Positions 9,147 through 18,910 of a DNA stretch of 64,000 bases are shown here, one piece after another. The notes under the pieces are model-generated. The model did no database searches. It was not told the origin of the DNA and was given only the letters and a program-made list of their open reading frames with translations. Origin of the DNA: Candidatus Omnitrophota bacterium (GTDB lineage Bacteria > Omnitrophota > Gorgyraeia > Gygaellales > Profunditerraquicolaceae); contig JBAZKL010000004.1 of NCBI GenBank assembly GCA_041650835.1, positions 166,900 through 230,899 of the forward strand. The letters are read 5' to 3'. Made by a program: the position numbers and the translations under genes. Within the stretch, counting starts at the first letter, position 1. The number at the start of each line of letters is the position of its first letter.

Positions 9147-9929
9147 CTACAATACCTCCAGAGATCTGAAAAACTTTTCTACGATCACCCGGGCGGCTTT
9201 ACCTGAAGGATTTTCCCCTCCGGTAATATTGCAGGCGAATACATATGTCTGCCCGCCGTGCTCAAGAAAACCCACAAACCATCCCCAGGCCTCCCCGCTC
9301 ATGTTTTTGCCTGAGCCTGTCTTACCATAAAGCGTTCCTTTTTCAGTCTCCACTGATCTCATAACATCTTTAAGTATCGTAACGTTCTTTTGGGAGAACG
9401 GCAGCTTTCCGTCAAAAAGTTTATTCAAGAGATCCACCTGCTCCTGCGCGCTGATCATGATAGGAGAGCCTTCATCCGGGTTAAGCCAGAAAACGTCAAT
9501 CCCCGCAGAGATATTCTTAGTCCCGTAATCGATCTCTTCAACGTAATTCTTCATCCGTTCAAACCCAACCTGGCGCGCCAAGATCTGATAAGCGGGCACT
9601 GCCGATACGCGAAAGGCCTCCCGCAGCGTCAAATCCTGGTTCCAGCCATCTATTGAACGCTTAATACCATCCCATTTATACCATAGTTCATCTACCTCCG
9701 GGATCAAACCAAGTTCTAATCCGATCAGGGTATTATAGATCTTAAAAGTTGAACACGGAGATAAACGCCGCGCGCCGAGCGCGGGGTCGGCATTGATGAC
9801 CGCGCCTGTTGAACGGTTATAAATAACGAGCGCGGTATTATGTTTCTTCAATAAAGATTTGTCGATCTCATAGGCGTTAGCAAATGCGGGGATCAGAAGA
9901 AAGTAAAGAAAAAATATGGCATGTTTCAC
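9147..9929 (-). CDS. class D (OXA-like) beta-lactamase / BlaR1-sensor-like penicillin-binding domain protein
   Basis: Signal peptide; active-site S-T-F-K (SPCSTFKIYN), SAV (SxV) and KTG (YGKTGSG) motifs in class D spacing; 260 aa. Confidence 0.8.
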   Translation of the reverse strand: MKHAIFFLYFLLIPAFANAYEIDKSLLKKHNTALVIYNRSTGAVINADPALGARRLSPCSTFKIYNTLIGLELGLIPEVDELWYKWDGIKRSIDGWNQDLTLREAFRVSAVPAYQILARQVGFERMKNYVEEIDYGTKNISAGIDVFWLNPDEGSPIMISAQEQVDLLNKLFDGKLPFSQKNVTILKDVMRSVETEKGTLYGKTGSGKNMSGEAWGWFVGFLEHGGQTYVFACNITGGENPSGKAARVIVEKFFRSLEVL

Positions 9930-9978
9930 GATCGAACTCCTTTCACCCTCGCTTACTCCGGCCCCGACTGAAGTTATT

Positions 9979-10440
9979 TCAGGTGAGCGCCTGCGATTCT
10001 TTTATTTTTAACCAGGCTTCTTTGATCAAGCCGCTTTTAGATTCAAAATCTTTATCTGATTCCGTATTGATCCATACAGTAACCAGCGCGCCCGCTGTTT
10101 CGGCTATCTTCTTTTGGAGATACTCTTCTTCTGAACCCGCTGAGGCCTGAGCTTCTATTTCTTTTAACAGCTTGATCCTCATCTTAATATCTTTGTTTGA
10201 AAGGCCGTTACGGTTGTTTAAATCCTGATATTCCAGATAATACGGGTTGCCCGTTCCGCCTTTTTTGATCTCAATATAACAGTCACGGCCGGCATGTTCC
10301 AAGGCATTAACGATCAAGCCCGCGACATCGTCATCCAGGCCGGTATTATTCTTGATATAAAGGAGCATATCTTTTTTAGACTTAAATCGCGCCTCATTGC
10401 TATCGCGCGCCTGTCGTCTAAAGAAATTCCCGATGCCCAT
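9979..10440 (-). CDS. hypothetical protein
   Basis: 153-aa ORF, no recognisable motif. Confidence 0.5.
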   Translation of the reverse strand: MGIGNFFRRQARDSNEARFKSKKDMLLYIKNNTGLDDDVAGLIVNALEHAGRDCYIEIKKGGTGNPYYLEYQDLNNRNGLSNKDIKMRIKLLKEIEAQASAGSEEEYLQKKIAETAGALVTVWINTESDKDFESKSGLIKEAWLKIKESQALT

Positions 10441-10486
10441 TTTCTCTCCTTAAACCTGCCTGCCGTACCATAACCGGGTGATTATT

Positions 10487-10954
10487 TTATCTAACCCCAA
10501 GAACGGCCTTCTGATATCTTTCCAGTAATTGCGGATCTTCGATCGAACCGTGATGATGTACCTGCCGCCATTGGCCGGCGATCTTTTGGAATATCCGGCT
10601 GGTGCGGACCGCTAATGCAAAAGACTCTTTCTTAGATTGGAAACGGCCCCGTTCTCTGCCGACCGCGTAAAAAATATCTGAATTTTCCTGAATGGTATAA
10701 TCATAAAATTCCACGTAGATCTCAGCGGGGCCGCTAAAGATCCTTTCGTAAACCTGCCCGATTTCAACCCAGCCTCGCTTTATCCCTCCCAAAGGATTAT
10801 CCATGGCAATAGTATCGGTATTCGCCCAATTCTTCTCCATCTCGGAAAAGTTTTTCTGATTAAAAGCATAATAAAAATGAACGAGCGCTTCATAAGGCAA
10901 TGCCCTGTTCCCGAAAAACTCATTTCCTGTTATCGCTTCCTGAACAGTCTTCAT
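10487..10954 (-). CDS. SnoaL/NTF2-like (DUF4440-type) protein
   Basis: about 150 aa with aromatic-rich cone-like pattern typical of the NTF2-like superfamily; weak call. Confidence 0.45.
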   Translation of the reverse strand: MKTVQEAITGNEFFGNRALPYEALVHFYYAFNQKNFSEMEKNWANTDTIAMDNPLGGIKRGWVEIGQVYERIFSGPAEIYVEFYDYTIQENSDIFYAVGRERGRFQSKKESFALAVRTSRIFQKIAGQWRQVHHHGSIEDPQLLERYQKAVLGVR

Positions 10955-10999
10955 GCAGATACTCCTCTTAAACGTAAAACGGCCCTGTTTTTCTACCTG

Positions 11000-11482
11000 T
11001 CATTCCCGCGAAAGCGGAAAAATCCTCTTTTCACCTATTTTTTTGAGAAAAAAAACAGACACAAAGACCCACGGGACCAAAATGACCTGGCCGATAATGA
11101 TCATCATAAACGCGTGAGTTAAATACTGCAAGAACCTGTTTTGAGAAGCAACTCCTTCAACCACTGCCTGCGAAACCCCGCCCAAAGCGGCCATAAGAAG
11201 AAAACAGATCTCCAATGCAAGCAGTACCCATGTCCCATAGATGATCCATCCGCGCTTCTTCCAACCGGCGTTTTGACAGGCGCGATAGCTAAGGATGATC
11301 GCTATAACCGGGAGCGCGCAAACCAGGGATATTTCAATAAGATCCCTCAGCAGATGCGGCGACATAAAAAGCCCGAAAAACATCCCTACCCCCCAAAGAC
11401 ATAAAAATAACAGCACAGGCCAGAAGACGACCGTGGAAAAGATCCATAACCCCGCGATATTCAATTGAGAAATACTTCCCAT
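11000..11482 (-). CDS. integral membrane protein (4-5 TM)
   Basis: highly hydrophobic 160-aa ORF. Confidence 0.5.
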   Translation of the reverse strand: MGSISQLNIAGLWIFSTVVFWPVLLFLCLWGVGMFFGLFMSPHLLRDLIEISLVCALPVIAIILSYRACQNAGWKKRGWIIYGTWVLLALEICFLLMAALGGVSQAVVEGVASQNRFLQYLTHAFMMIIIGQVILVPWVFVSVFFLKKIGEKRIFPLSRE

Positions 11483-11740
11483 AGCTTAATTCTCCGTCCT
11501 TTAAAAAACATGCAGGCTGTTCCTTACTCTACGAGTCATTCCCGCGAAAGCGGGAATCTACCGTAGAAAACGGCGCCCCACGCAATACCTATTAAGCGCG
11601 GAGGTACAATGGTTTATTTGTAACAATAACAAGACGTTTTGATCAACATCATAATTCTCATCTTCATTTAATATCCCGGGCACCTCGATCTTCCCTTATC
11701 TCAATAATATTACCGGGACGATCCTATTTTGCCCGAACGG

Positions 11741-12610
11741 CTATCCCGCGGAATCGGACAGCCATTCCACTACCTGCCGGTACGCGTTTGAACCTAATGT
11801 ATGTTTGCCTTCAGGGATAACGCTATATTCAATGAGCGCTCCATAGCGCTCCAATTTCTTCCTTGTCGCCTGGAATTCTGAAAAAGGGATACTTTGATCT
11901 TTATCGCCATGCGCCATGAAGAACCTGGTCCCTTGAGCGTTCCTCAATGCTTCCTGAGCGAAAAAACCAAAACGGCCTCCGCTTACCACACCGACAGCAA
12001 CGAATCTTTGCGGATAATGCAAAACCAGCGATATGGACATCATCCCGCCGGCAGAAGTACCTGCCACGCATATTTTGTCTTTATTAACATGATATTCCCG
12101 GCCCAAAGAATCTATGATCCCCGACATTCTTGAATACAACGCGTTCACGTCTGCGAGAGAAAGAACGCGGCTGTAATCCATCTCCAGCCCCAGGACAAGA
12201 AAGCCTTTTTTCCCCGCCGGGAAAGCCCAATTATTGATCTCCTGCTTTATTTTTACGCCCCAGCCCGGCAAACACACCAATAACGACGGTAAAGGTGGCA
12301 TCTCTTTCGGCACAAAGAGCAAGTAACCCTGGTCCAAATGATCTATCAAACCCGTGGCCGGGGCAGCGGCCGCGGAAGGCGAACCGGGCCCGCCGGCATC
12401 GCTTTTTATATCGCTGATCGTATTCTTATTGAAATAAATGGATTGGCCTTCAGGTGTATCCAGCTTTATATACGCGTCTGTATCTTCGGTTATTCTACCC
12501 TGGACAGTTTTGCCGGATTTAAGAAGGACTGTCTCAGCAAAGGAATCAGCGCGAAAAAACGATACCATTACCAGGATTAAGATCGTGAAATATCTTCTAC
12601 CCATCACCAC
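11741..12610 (-). CDS. secreted alpha/beta-hydrolase family esterase
   Basis: signal peptide, nucleophile elbow GTSAGG, downstream Asp/His (MAHGDKDQ) consistent with carboxylesterase/dienelactone-hydrolase fold. Confidence 0.7.
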   Translation of the reverse strand: MVMGRRYFTILILVMVSFFRADSFAETVLLKSGKTVQGRITEDTDAYIKLDTPEGQSIYFNKNTISDIKSDAGGPGSPSAAAAPATGLIDHLDQGYLLFVPKEMPPLPSLLVCLPGWGVKIKQEINNWAFPAGKKGFLVLGLEMDYSRVLSLADVNALYSRMSGIIDSLGREYHVNKDKICVAGTSAGGMMSISLVLHYPQRFVAVGVVSGGRFGFFAQEALRNAQGTRFFMAHGDKDQSIPFSEFQATRKKLERYGALIEYSVIPEGKHTLGSNAYRQVVEWLSDSAG

Positions 12611-12710
12611 CCCTTACCAAACCTATTTTTCTTTACCGCAAATAAAACAGTGTCAAAACCCGGCCTTTTCCCAATTCCGCGCCTTGCCGATTTTATCGGT
12701 AATTTATTTA

Positions 12711-13043
12711 TTAATTCATTCCCGCGCTGGCTCTAACGGTAACTGCCACGTATTTCCCGGGTTCAGAAGAATAATACTGGACCATCACAGAATCCTCAGT
12801 CCTGATATCGCTCAGGTCGATCTTTTTAGTCCCGCGCGTAAACTGCGTTTCAGGGGTTATCTGAAAGCGGGTATACCCTAATTCGCCGTAAACCACGATA
12901 AAACTTTCCGCGAACCCTACCTGGGCGACAGACCCGGACAAACGCTTAGTCTCAACCTGAGATTGCTGCTCCTTCTCCTGACAATAAGCAGGATACACCG
13001 CTGTCAACACGCATACTACTGCCAAGACAATGATCTTTTTCAT
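12711..13043 (-). CDS. small secreted protein
   Basis: 110 aa with signal peptide. Confidence 0.45.
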   Translation of the reverse strand: MKKIIVLAVVCVLTAVYPAYCQEKEQQSQVETKRLSGSVAQVGFAESFIVVYGELGYTRFQITPETQFTRGTKKIDLSDIRTEDSVMVQYYSSEPGKYVAVTVRASAGMN

Positions 13044-13126
13044 TTTGATATTCCTCCATTTTAAGAAGTCCGTAAAAATCCTTCACCTTGACGGTTTTAT
13101 CCGTAATTTACTTATTTACAAAGACC

Positions 13127-13732
13127 TCAAGAAAACCCATACAATTGATATTTTCTGCATTCTTCAACTATTCCCGTATCTTTATTTATAGTAACAAAAA
13201 TTACCACATCTGTCCACTCAGCCCCTAAATTGCCGGAAGTTGAGATCGTAAAATTATATTTATAGATAACTGTTTCCTGCTCTGGCAAAGTTAGAGGATA
13301 CCCGGGACTTTCATCAGTACTACCTAAAAAACCCCAAAGATCTTTTTCTGCGGTATCGCTGTATATGATCTTAGCTTCGAATGGGTCTTTAAAGGCGCTA
13401 TAAATAGTTCCTTTGGGCTGATTATATAACTTTAAGATCTCCTTATATTCGTCTCCTTCCCAACCGGATCCTTTCTCCAATATCGCCATTACCTTTATAT
13501 TCCTTTCCCTGATCACATCCGGATGGCCAAACCACTCGAAGATCTCCGTTTCCGTAGTCACGCCTTTCTTGATTTTATTAAAAATTGCTTCTATTTTCTC
13601 TATTCTTTTATTCATCGCCTCAGCGTCTGCTTGATCATTGGATTCAGCCTTAACAAAAGGCGCTAAAAATAAACTAAGGGCCAAAAAGAACAATATTAAT
13701 TTTTTCCCGGAAAAAAAACAGTAAGAAAACAA
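13127..13732 (-). CDS. secreted hypothetical protein
   Basis: 201 aa, signal peptide LALSLFLAPFVKA. Confidence 0.45.
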   Translation of the reverse strand: MFSYCFFSGKKLILFFLALSLFLAPFVKAESNDQADAEAMNKRIEKIEAIFNKIKKGVTTETEIFEWFGHPDVIRERNIKVMAILEKGSGWEGDEYKEILKLYNQPKGTIYSAFKDPFEAKIIYSDTAEKDLWGFLGSTDESPGYPLTLPEQETVIYKYNFTISTSGNLGAEWTDVVIFVTINKDTGIVEECRKYQLYGFS

Positions 13733-13758
13733 AATCGCCTCCTTGACGCCACTGCTTG

Positions 13759-15057
13759 TCAGTCTAATTTTATCCTCACAAAGATCATATACCCTAACGG
13801 CATACGGCCATAGCTTGATTTTAATTTATCCGGAAGAATATTCAGGTCACAGGAGCTGCCTATCCCCCATCTCGTATGCTTCCAATCAGGAAGATCATAA
13901 ATATAACCTAAAGTTAATTTGTTCACGGTAAATTTCTCGCCGTGCAAAGGGTCGTCTTCCAGGAATAATTCGTCTTTTGCCACGCGCTCAAACCGGCTGA
14001 AAAGAGTATGCGTTTCCCGGACTCTTATTGTTGACTCCAGAAGAAAACCATCGAGGGACCGCCCGGGAAGATTAACATTGCGCCCCCAGGCAAACGTTGT
14101 TTGCCAATTTGCCCATTTATACGCCTTGTTATAACTTATTGAAACAGAGGTGCGCCTTGTATCGACATCCGGCTCTAATTGTTCAGGGCTATCGATGTAT
14201 CCGAAACTGGCCTGCATAGCCCAATCTTTAGCCGGGTTAAAAGAAAGCCGCATTGACACGGAATCAAATCGGGGCGCTTCGATATCCCAACGGTCCTGGT
14301 CAGGCTCCCTCCCCTTGAATACAGAGGTTTCGGCCTTGATATTCTTCCATATATAGCCTAAGGTAGAAACCCCATAGGTAATGTGGGTGGAATCCAACCA
14401 GTGGTGAGTAATAGGCGCTTCAGGGATATCCATCCCGGAAAATCGATGCATAAAAGCAGGTGGGCCTAATGCCGGCTCACCGGGCAAGCCGAAATAAGTG
14501 AACACTGAACTCTCATCCGATAACGCAAAACTATAGGTACCGGCAAGCTCCATGAAAAGATCATGAGGATGCTGGCGGTCGATCAGCGGGGTCTTTCCGT
14601 CGGCTGTTTCCCCGTTCTGCAGTAAAACAGGGTACCCTGTCTTGCCCATCGCGGGGTCAAGAGAAAGCATGCTCCGTAAACCCAGCGTCCCTTGCGCGAA
14701 CGGCCGCTGCGCCATGAGCATGAACATGCTGGAGCTGAAAGCTTCTTCATCCCCTCTTTTCCCGTTTTGCTTATCATAGATGCCGTTGACAAATCCGTGC
14801 ACCATAACCATCCAATCCTCACGCATAAAATGGATCCCCTCATGCGGTGTTGATTCGGGCTGCCAGCTTGTGCCGGAAGACTCCCGCGCCATTTGATACC
14901 GGCCGTACATACCGTTCATTTGCGTTGATTGCGTTGATTCATCGGGCGACTCCGGCATGGGCATCATCATATGTTCATGTTGGGCAAAAAGAGGGCGCGC
15001 GCAGATAAAAGTCAAAACTCCCAAGGTGAAAGCGATACTACATATCTTTTCCTTCAT
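13759..15057 (-). CDS. secreted / probable outer-membrane protein
   Basis: start set at MKEKICS (AGGAGG RBS 8 bp upstream); signal peptide ending AQ; aromatic-rich alternating pattern; unknown function. Confidence 0.5.
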   Translation of the reverse strand: MKEKICSIAFTLGVLTFICARPLFAQHEHMMMPMPESPDESTQSTQMNGMYGRYQMARESSGTSWQPESTPHEGIHFMREDWMVMVHGFVNGIYDKQNGKRGDEEAFSSSMFMLMAQRPFAQGTLGLRSMLSLDPAMGKTGYPVLLQNGETADGKTPLIDRQHPHDLFMELAGTYSFALSDESSVFTYFGLPGEPALGPPAFMHRFSGMDIPEAPITHHWLDSTHITYGVSTLGYIWKNIKAETSVFKGREPDQDRWDIEAPRFDSVSMRLSFNPAKDWAMQASFGYIDSPEQLEPDVDTRRTSVSISYNKAYKWANWQTTFAWGRNVNLPGRSLDGFLLESTIRVRETHTLFSRFERVAKDELFLEDDPLHGEKFTVNKLTLGYIYDLPDWKHTRWGIGSSCDLNILPDKLKSSYGRMPLGYMIFVRIKLD

Positions 15058-15169
15058 CAACCATCCTCCTTGCTTATTTAAACTTTTCATTGACCTCAGG
15101 CCGGCTAAAGAAACCGATCACAACGGCACGGGATTATGCGAATTCCGGTGACATCATACTTAATCACAA

Positions 15170-15275
15170 AAGCAAAAACCCGAGCTCATGGCCCGGGTTA
15201 AATGATTGATTTTACTATAGAAATTGGCACAGCGTTTGCATATGTTCCTCTTATTGACATTATTATTATATCCCC
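15170..15275 (+). promoter_or_regulatory. composite element D copy 1: bidirectional terminator hairpin plus perfect sigma-54 promoter (TGGCAC-N5-TTGCA at 15224..15239)
   Basis: aacccgagctcatggcccgggtt hairpin flanked by A/T runs; TGGCACagcgtTTGCA matches the -24/-12 consensus exactly. Confidence 0.6.
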
Positions 15276-15307
15276 TTGCTGAGAATAAAACAACGAGAAA
15301 TGGACTC

Positions 15308-15787
15308 TTATTTCGCCTTCTTCTTCGTCGTCTTCTTTGCAGACGGCTTCTTCTTTACTGCCGGCGCTTTGACGGATTTGACTACCGGTGACTTCTCAGG
15401 TGAAGTTTTTTGCGCGGGAGCTGTTTCCTTAGGTTTCACCTCTACCCGCGGCGTGAGGTTGCCGCCAGCCTTACGTTTGGTAAAACATTCCTTACAATAG
15501 ACCGGCCTGCCAACGCTCGGCCTGAACGGGACTTCGCAATTCTTACCGCAATCCGCGCAGATCACCTTGAACATCGGCCTGCTATTATTGTGCCGCTCTA
15601 CGGGCACACTCGGTATCGGCTGCTGCCGGGGTACTTCAACTGTCCTCTCCGGAAGCCGGGTGAGCACAGTATCTATCTTTGTTTCAAGTGAAACGAGCTT
15701 CCCAACCAGTGTCGTGATCAATCCTACAATATCCTGGTCGGCGGCAATAGCGGATGGTGAAGTCTTTTTCTGCGGTGATTTTTTCAT
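15308..15787 (-). CDS. zinc-ribbon (CxxC-x17-CxxC type) protein with lysine-rich histone-H1-like tail
   Basis: CADCGKNCEVPFRPSVGRPVYCKECF motif; C-terminal KKKPSAKKTTKKKAK. Confidence 0.55.
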   Translation of the reverse strand: MKKSPQKKTSPSAIAADQDIVGLITTLVGKLVSLETKIDTVLTRLPERTVEVPRQQPIPSVPVERHNNSRPMFKVICADCGKNCEVPFRPSVGRPVYCKECFTKRKAGGNLTPRVEVKPKETAPAQKTSPEKSPVVKSVKAPAVKKKPSAKKTTKKKAK

Positions 15788-15815
15788 AGAGCTCCTTTAA
15801 TTATAAATGTTAAAC

Positions 15816-15945
15816 AAAAACAGTATCAGGACTCGGCAACTATCTAAAATTATTGGACTTGTGAATTAATTCCACGCCATGCCGATTTTATTTGTAATTT
15901 ACTTATTTACAACAAGTTGCTGAGTTCTGACATTAGTTATTTTTC
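15816..15945 (+). repeat. family A ~130-bp element with 13-bp terminal inverted repeats (copy 1, slightly diverged)
   Basis: aaaaacagtatcaggactc ... gagttctgacatt; same internal ttgccgattttattcgtaatttatttattt core as the other copies. Confidence 0.8.
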
Positions 15946-15949
15946 CTAA

Positions 15950-16065
15950 ACAAAAAACCCGAGCTCTTGGCCCGGGTTTAAATTTTGCTTTTTTATAAAA
16001 AATGGCACAGCCTTTGCATGATCCTCCCACTTAATAGATACCAGCATTATATCCTTACATTGCAA
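15950..16065 (+). promoter_or_regulatory. composite element D copy 2: terminator hairpin plus sigma-54 promoter (16003..16018)
   Basis: aacccgagctcttggcccgggttt hairpin; TGGCACagcctTTGCA. Confidence 0.6.
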
Positions 16066-16202
16066 GTAAATCAAGTATAAAACGAAGCTAAAGTATTATC
16101 ATAAGGGAGGTTTTAGGTCTAGTTTAAACTTTCAGAACCAGGTAATTTTAGAGTCTAAAGGCTAAATATCAAAGGAAGATTAAATTATAAAGGCCTAAGT
16201 TT

Positions 16203-16335
16203 AAAAAAAACAGTGTCAGAACTCGATAACTATCTAAAATTATTGGACTTGTGAATTAATTCCGCGTCTTGCCGATTTTATTCGTAACTTATTTATTTAC
16301 AATAAGTTGCTGAGTTCTAACACTAATTATTTTTC
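16203..16335 (+). repeat. family A element copy 2
   Basis: aaaaaaaacAGTGTCAGAACTCga ... GAGTTCTaACACTaatt. Confidence 0.85.
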
Positions 16336-16394
16336 TTGTCCCGGAATTCCCTGACCAATTACGGCCGGTTTTCTAAACCGCGACCCCGGGATTG

Positions 16395-16634
16395 TCAATA
16401 AATGATCGAGCCTTTCTTTATCTGGTCTTTGCGGATTTCGTATTCTTCTTTGGTAATTCTGCCCGCGCTGTAATCCGCATCCAGCTTATCCATCTGGCTT
16501 TTCGCGCTTATTACATCCGCCGCCCCTACTCCGACAGCCCCGACGGCGGCCCCTCCCCAGAAAGAACCGCATCCGGATAAAACAGTTACCGAAAGAAATA
16601 GAATTACCGCTACAATCACCGTCGTACTTCTCAT
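16395..16634 (-). CDS. lipoprotein with C-terminal SHOCT domain
   Basis: lipobox LSGC; C-terminal GRITKEEYEIRKDQI matches the SHOCT short C-terminal motif. Confidence 0.55.
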   Translation of the reverse strand: MRSTTVIVAVILFLSVTVLSGCGSFWGGAAVGAVGVGAADVISAKSQMDKLDADYSAGRITKEEYEIRKDQIKKGSIIY

Positions 16635-16657
16635 GCCTCCACCTCCTTTTACCTCTG

Positions 16658-17002
16658 TTAGAATATAGCCTCGATTACGCCCGCGACCAGCTTAAAAGGA
16701 AACGCCAGCACCTGCCCTATTAAGTGCAGCGTTGTGCCTAAGATGCCCGCTGGTTCACTTTTACTCCGTTCCTCCCTTACCTCTGTGCGCTTCTCTACTT
16801 TTGTAGCTCCGGTATCTTGCGCCTTCGCGGAACTTTCGCCGCCCACGAAGTTGCCTTGATTGCCTTGCTCCGCAGAATCTCCGGCGGTTGTACGCGTCGT
16901 AACCGTTTCTGACTTAACCGTACTTGAGCCGGCTGTGCATCCCGGGAATACAGACACAGCAAATAAACAAACTACCGCCAACAAAAACACTCTTTTATCC
17001 AT
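16658..17002 (-). CDS. low-complexity secreted lipoprotein
   Basis: lipobox FPGC, S/T/G-rich. Confidence 0.45.
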   Translation of the reverse strand: MDKRVFLLAVVCLFAVSVFPGCTAGSSTVKSETVTTRTTAGDSAEQGNQGNFVGGESSAKAQDTGATKVEKRTEVREERSKSEPAGILGTTLHLIGQVLAFPFKLVAGVIEAIF

Positions 17003-17045
17003 ATACCGCCTCCTTATAATAGGATTACCACCAACAACTGCGACG

Positions 17046-17240
17046 TTATTTTTTTATAGTATTCTTTTTTGACAACCTGGATTTTATATATTCGTCCACT
17101 TCCTCTTTCGCGATCCTGTAGCCGTCACGGTACCCTTCCTTATAGGCCCATAACGTTTTGTTATGGATCAGGCGACTAACAAATCCTTCATTTACTCTTA
17201 AAACTTTAGCGGCTTCTTTTGCAAGGAGAATGCTATTCAT
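17046..17240 (-). CDS. excisionase-family helix-turn-helix DNA-binding protein
   Basis: MNSILLAKEAAKVLRVNEGFVSRLIHNKTLWAYK resembles the excisionase-family DNA-binding domain; start moved to the second Met. Confidence 0.55.
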   Translation of the reverse strand: MNSILLAKEAAKVLRVNEGFVSRLIHNKTLWAYKEGYRDGYRIAKEEVDEYIKSRLSKKNTIKK

Positions 17241-17435
17241 CGTCAAAACCCTTTTGAGGGGTACCTGCATGATAATTTAATTAACTTTAAATTATTTTAT
17301 TGTATTCTAATTTTGTCCGCGTATTCTGTAAATGGCTTGTTTCTGGTTTCTTTTGACTTTTTACCACTAAGCATTCCCAGGGCGCCGCCAAATAAAAAAT
17401 CCCCGGCGGGCCGTTTCCGTCGGGGATAAATAATG

Positions 17436-17566
17436 AAAAAAACAGTGTCAGAATTCGAAAACTATCTAAAATTATTGGATTTGTCTATTAATTCCGAACC
17501 TTGTCGATTTTATTCGTAATTTATTTATTTACAGTAAGTTGTTAAGTTCTGACACTAATTATTCTA
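17436..17566 (+). repeat. family A element copy 3 (abuts the stop of the flavodoxin-like gene)
   Basis: aaaaaaacAGTGTCAGAAtTCga ... aAGTTCTGACACTaatt. Confidence 0.85.
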
Positions 17567-18220
17567 CAGCCAGCCTTTTTCAACCCAATATTTGTATTCT
17601 TCCTGCCAATCGTCTTTTCTGAGCTTAATAATACGAGCAAAGTGCTGCTTCCCCTGCTCGATGATTTGCATCTGATCAGGATAGAGTTTTTTCTCTTTCA
17701 TATCAGAGGCAAGCTTCTTGCCTAATTTGAAAGCCTCGGCTTTCGTATCCTCGCCAAACTGCCGGAGAGCAGAAACGCCTCCGGAATATTGAGCTGCGCA
17801 CGTATGACCGTAAAACGCTATATAATCCAGGACTTCTTTATTCTGGCCGCTACCGGAAGACACGACTCCTGCCACATATTTATTAAACAGTCGTTTACAA
17901 TGAATAAAATGCGCCGATCGGTCAAACAAGGCCTTCATCGATGCAGTCACCTGGTTTATGTAGTTAGGCGAAGCAAAAACTATCCCGTCGGCATTCAACA
18001 TTTTTTTAAGAATGCCTTGCACATCATCTTTGAGCGAGCAGCGTAAGAGATTCTTATGGCAGGCCTCACAGTGTTTACAAAATAACACTTTAAAATCATC
18101 CAGATGCAGCGTTTCGCAAATAACCCCCTCTTCCCTTAAACCTCGTAAAACTTCACCGGCTAAAAGGAATGTGCTGCTTTTTTGCTTATGCGGGCTAGAA
18201 GATATAAGTAGAACATTCAT
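17564..18220 (-). CDS. flavodoxin-like NAD(P)H-dependent FMN reductase / iron-sulfur flavoprotein family
   Basis: MNVLLISSSPHK N-terminus, flavodoxin-like fold pattern, compact Cys cluster CKHCEACHKN. Confidence 0.65.
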   Translation of the reverse strand: MNVLLISSSPHKQKSSTFLLAGEVLRGLREEGVICETLHLDDFKVLFCKHCEACHKNLLRCSLKDDVQGILKKMLNADGIVFASPNYINQVTASMKALFDRSAHFIHCKRLFNKYVAGVVSSGSGQNKEVLDYIAFYGHTCAAQYSGGVSALRQFGEDTKAEAFKLGKKLASDMKEKKLYPDQMQIIEQGKQHFARIIKLRKDDWQEEYKYWVEKGWL

Positions 18221-18251
18221 AATAAAGATCCCCCTAAAGTTACAGTGGTAA

Positions 18252-18352
18252 AAAGTAAACAGTGTCAGAACTCGACAACTATCTAAAACTATTGGACTTG
18301 TGTATTAATTCCATGCCTTGCCGATTTTATCCGTAACTTATTTATTTACACT
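18252..18352 (+). repeat. family A element copy 4 (right arm truncated at the trmO stop codon)
   Basis: aaacAGTGTCAGAACTCgacaactatctaaaactattggacttgtg...tatttatttacac. Confidence 0.8.
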
Positions 18353-18819
18353 TATTCCCTACCTTGAGGCTTATCACGCAACTTTTTTGTCTCTGTCCAC
18401 CCGTTATTCGCATTAGCAAAATAATCGAACCTTGGAATATACGGTTTAATGTCAATTAACGGTGTGCTATCAAGAATATCTATTCCACTCACTTCCAGAA
18501 TATTTTTATTTCTTTTTTCCAGTTTCACGATGGAAATTCCTATCTTATTTGGCCGGCAAGGATGACGAGACGCAAAAACCCCATGAGGCGTATCATCGAG
18601 AAAGGTTGGTCCGGATAATCGTATTTTTTCTGCCTTGTCGAATATGTAGAATAATATAATATGCGAGAATGTCTCTATTGTTTCTAATGCTTCCTCGTAT
18701 TCTAGAAACACTTCAACTTGCCCTTTTCCTTCAGGCTTAACAGATCCTTGAATGGGACACTCTTCTTTTGATCTATATGGAGAATGAATAACCCCAATTT
18801 GTTTTATTTCGATCTTCAT
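18352..18819 (-). CDS. trmO: tRNA (t6A37) methyltransferase TrmO / TsaA-like (YaeB family)
   Basis: IGVIHSPY...CPIQG...GVFASRHPCRPNKIG...IDILDSTPLIDIKPY are hallmark TsaA/YaeB motifs. Confidence 0.8.
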   Translation of the reverse strand: MKIEIKQIGVIHSPYRSKEECPIQGSVKPEGKGQVEVFLEYEEALETIETFSHIILFYIFDKAEKIRLSGPTFLDDTPHGVFASRHPCRPNKIGISIVKLEKRNKNILEVSGIDILDSTPLIDIKPYIPRFDYFANANNGWTETKKLRDKPQGRE

Positions 18820-18840
18820 TATTTTTCTACTCAGAAATTC

Positions 18841-18910
18841 AGCGACTTGCCGATTTTATTCCTAATTTCTTTGTTTAGAGTGAGTTATTGAGTTATGACA
18901 CCAATTATTT
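18841..18910 (+). repeat. family A element, right half only (copy 5)
   Basis: cgacttgccgattttattcctaatttctttgtttagagtgagttattgagttatgacaccaatt. Confidence 0.7.

Noticed and set aside
15276-15500. Plus-strand ORF downstream of sigma-54 promoter copy 1
   Set aside because: Fully antisense to the well-supported Zn-ribbon gene; F-rich low-complexity translation; more likely an antisense transcript than a protein.
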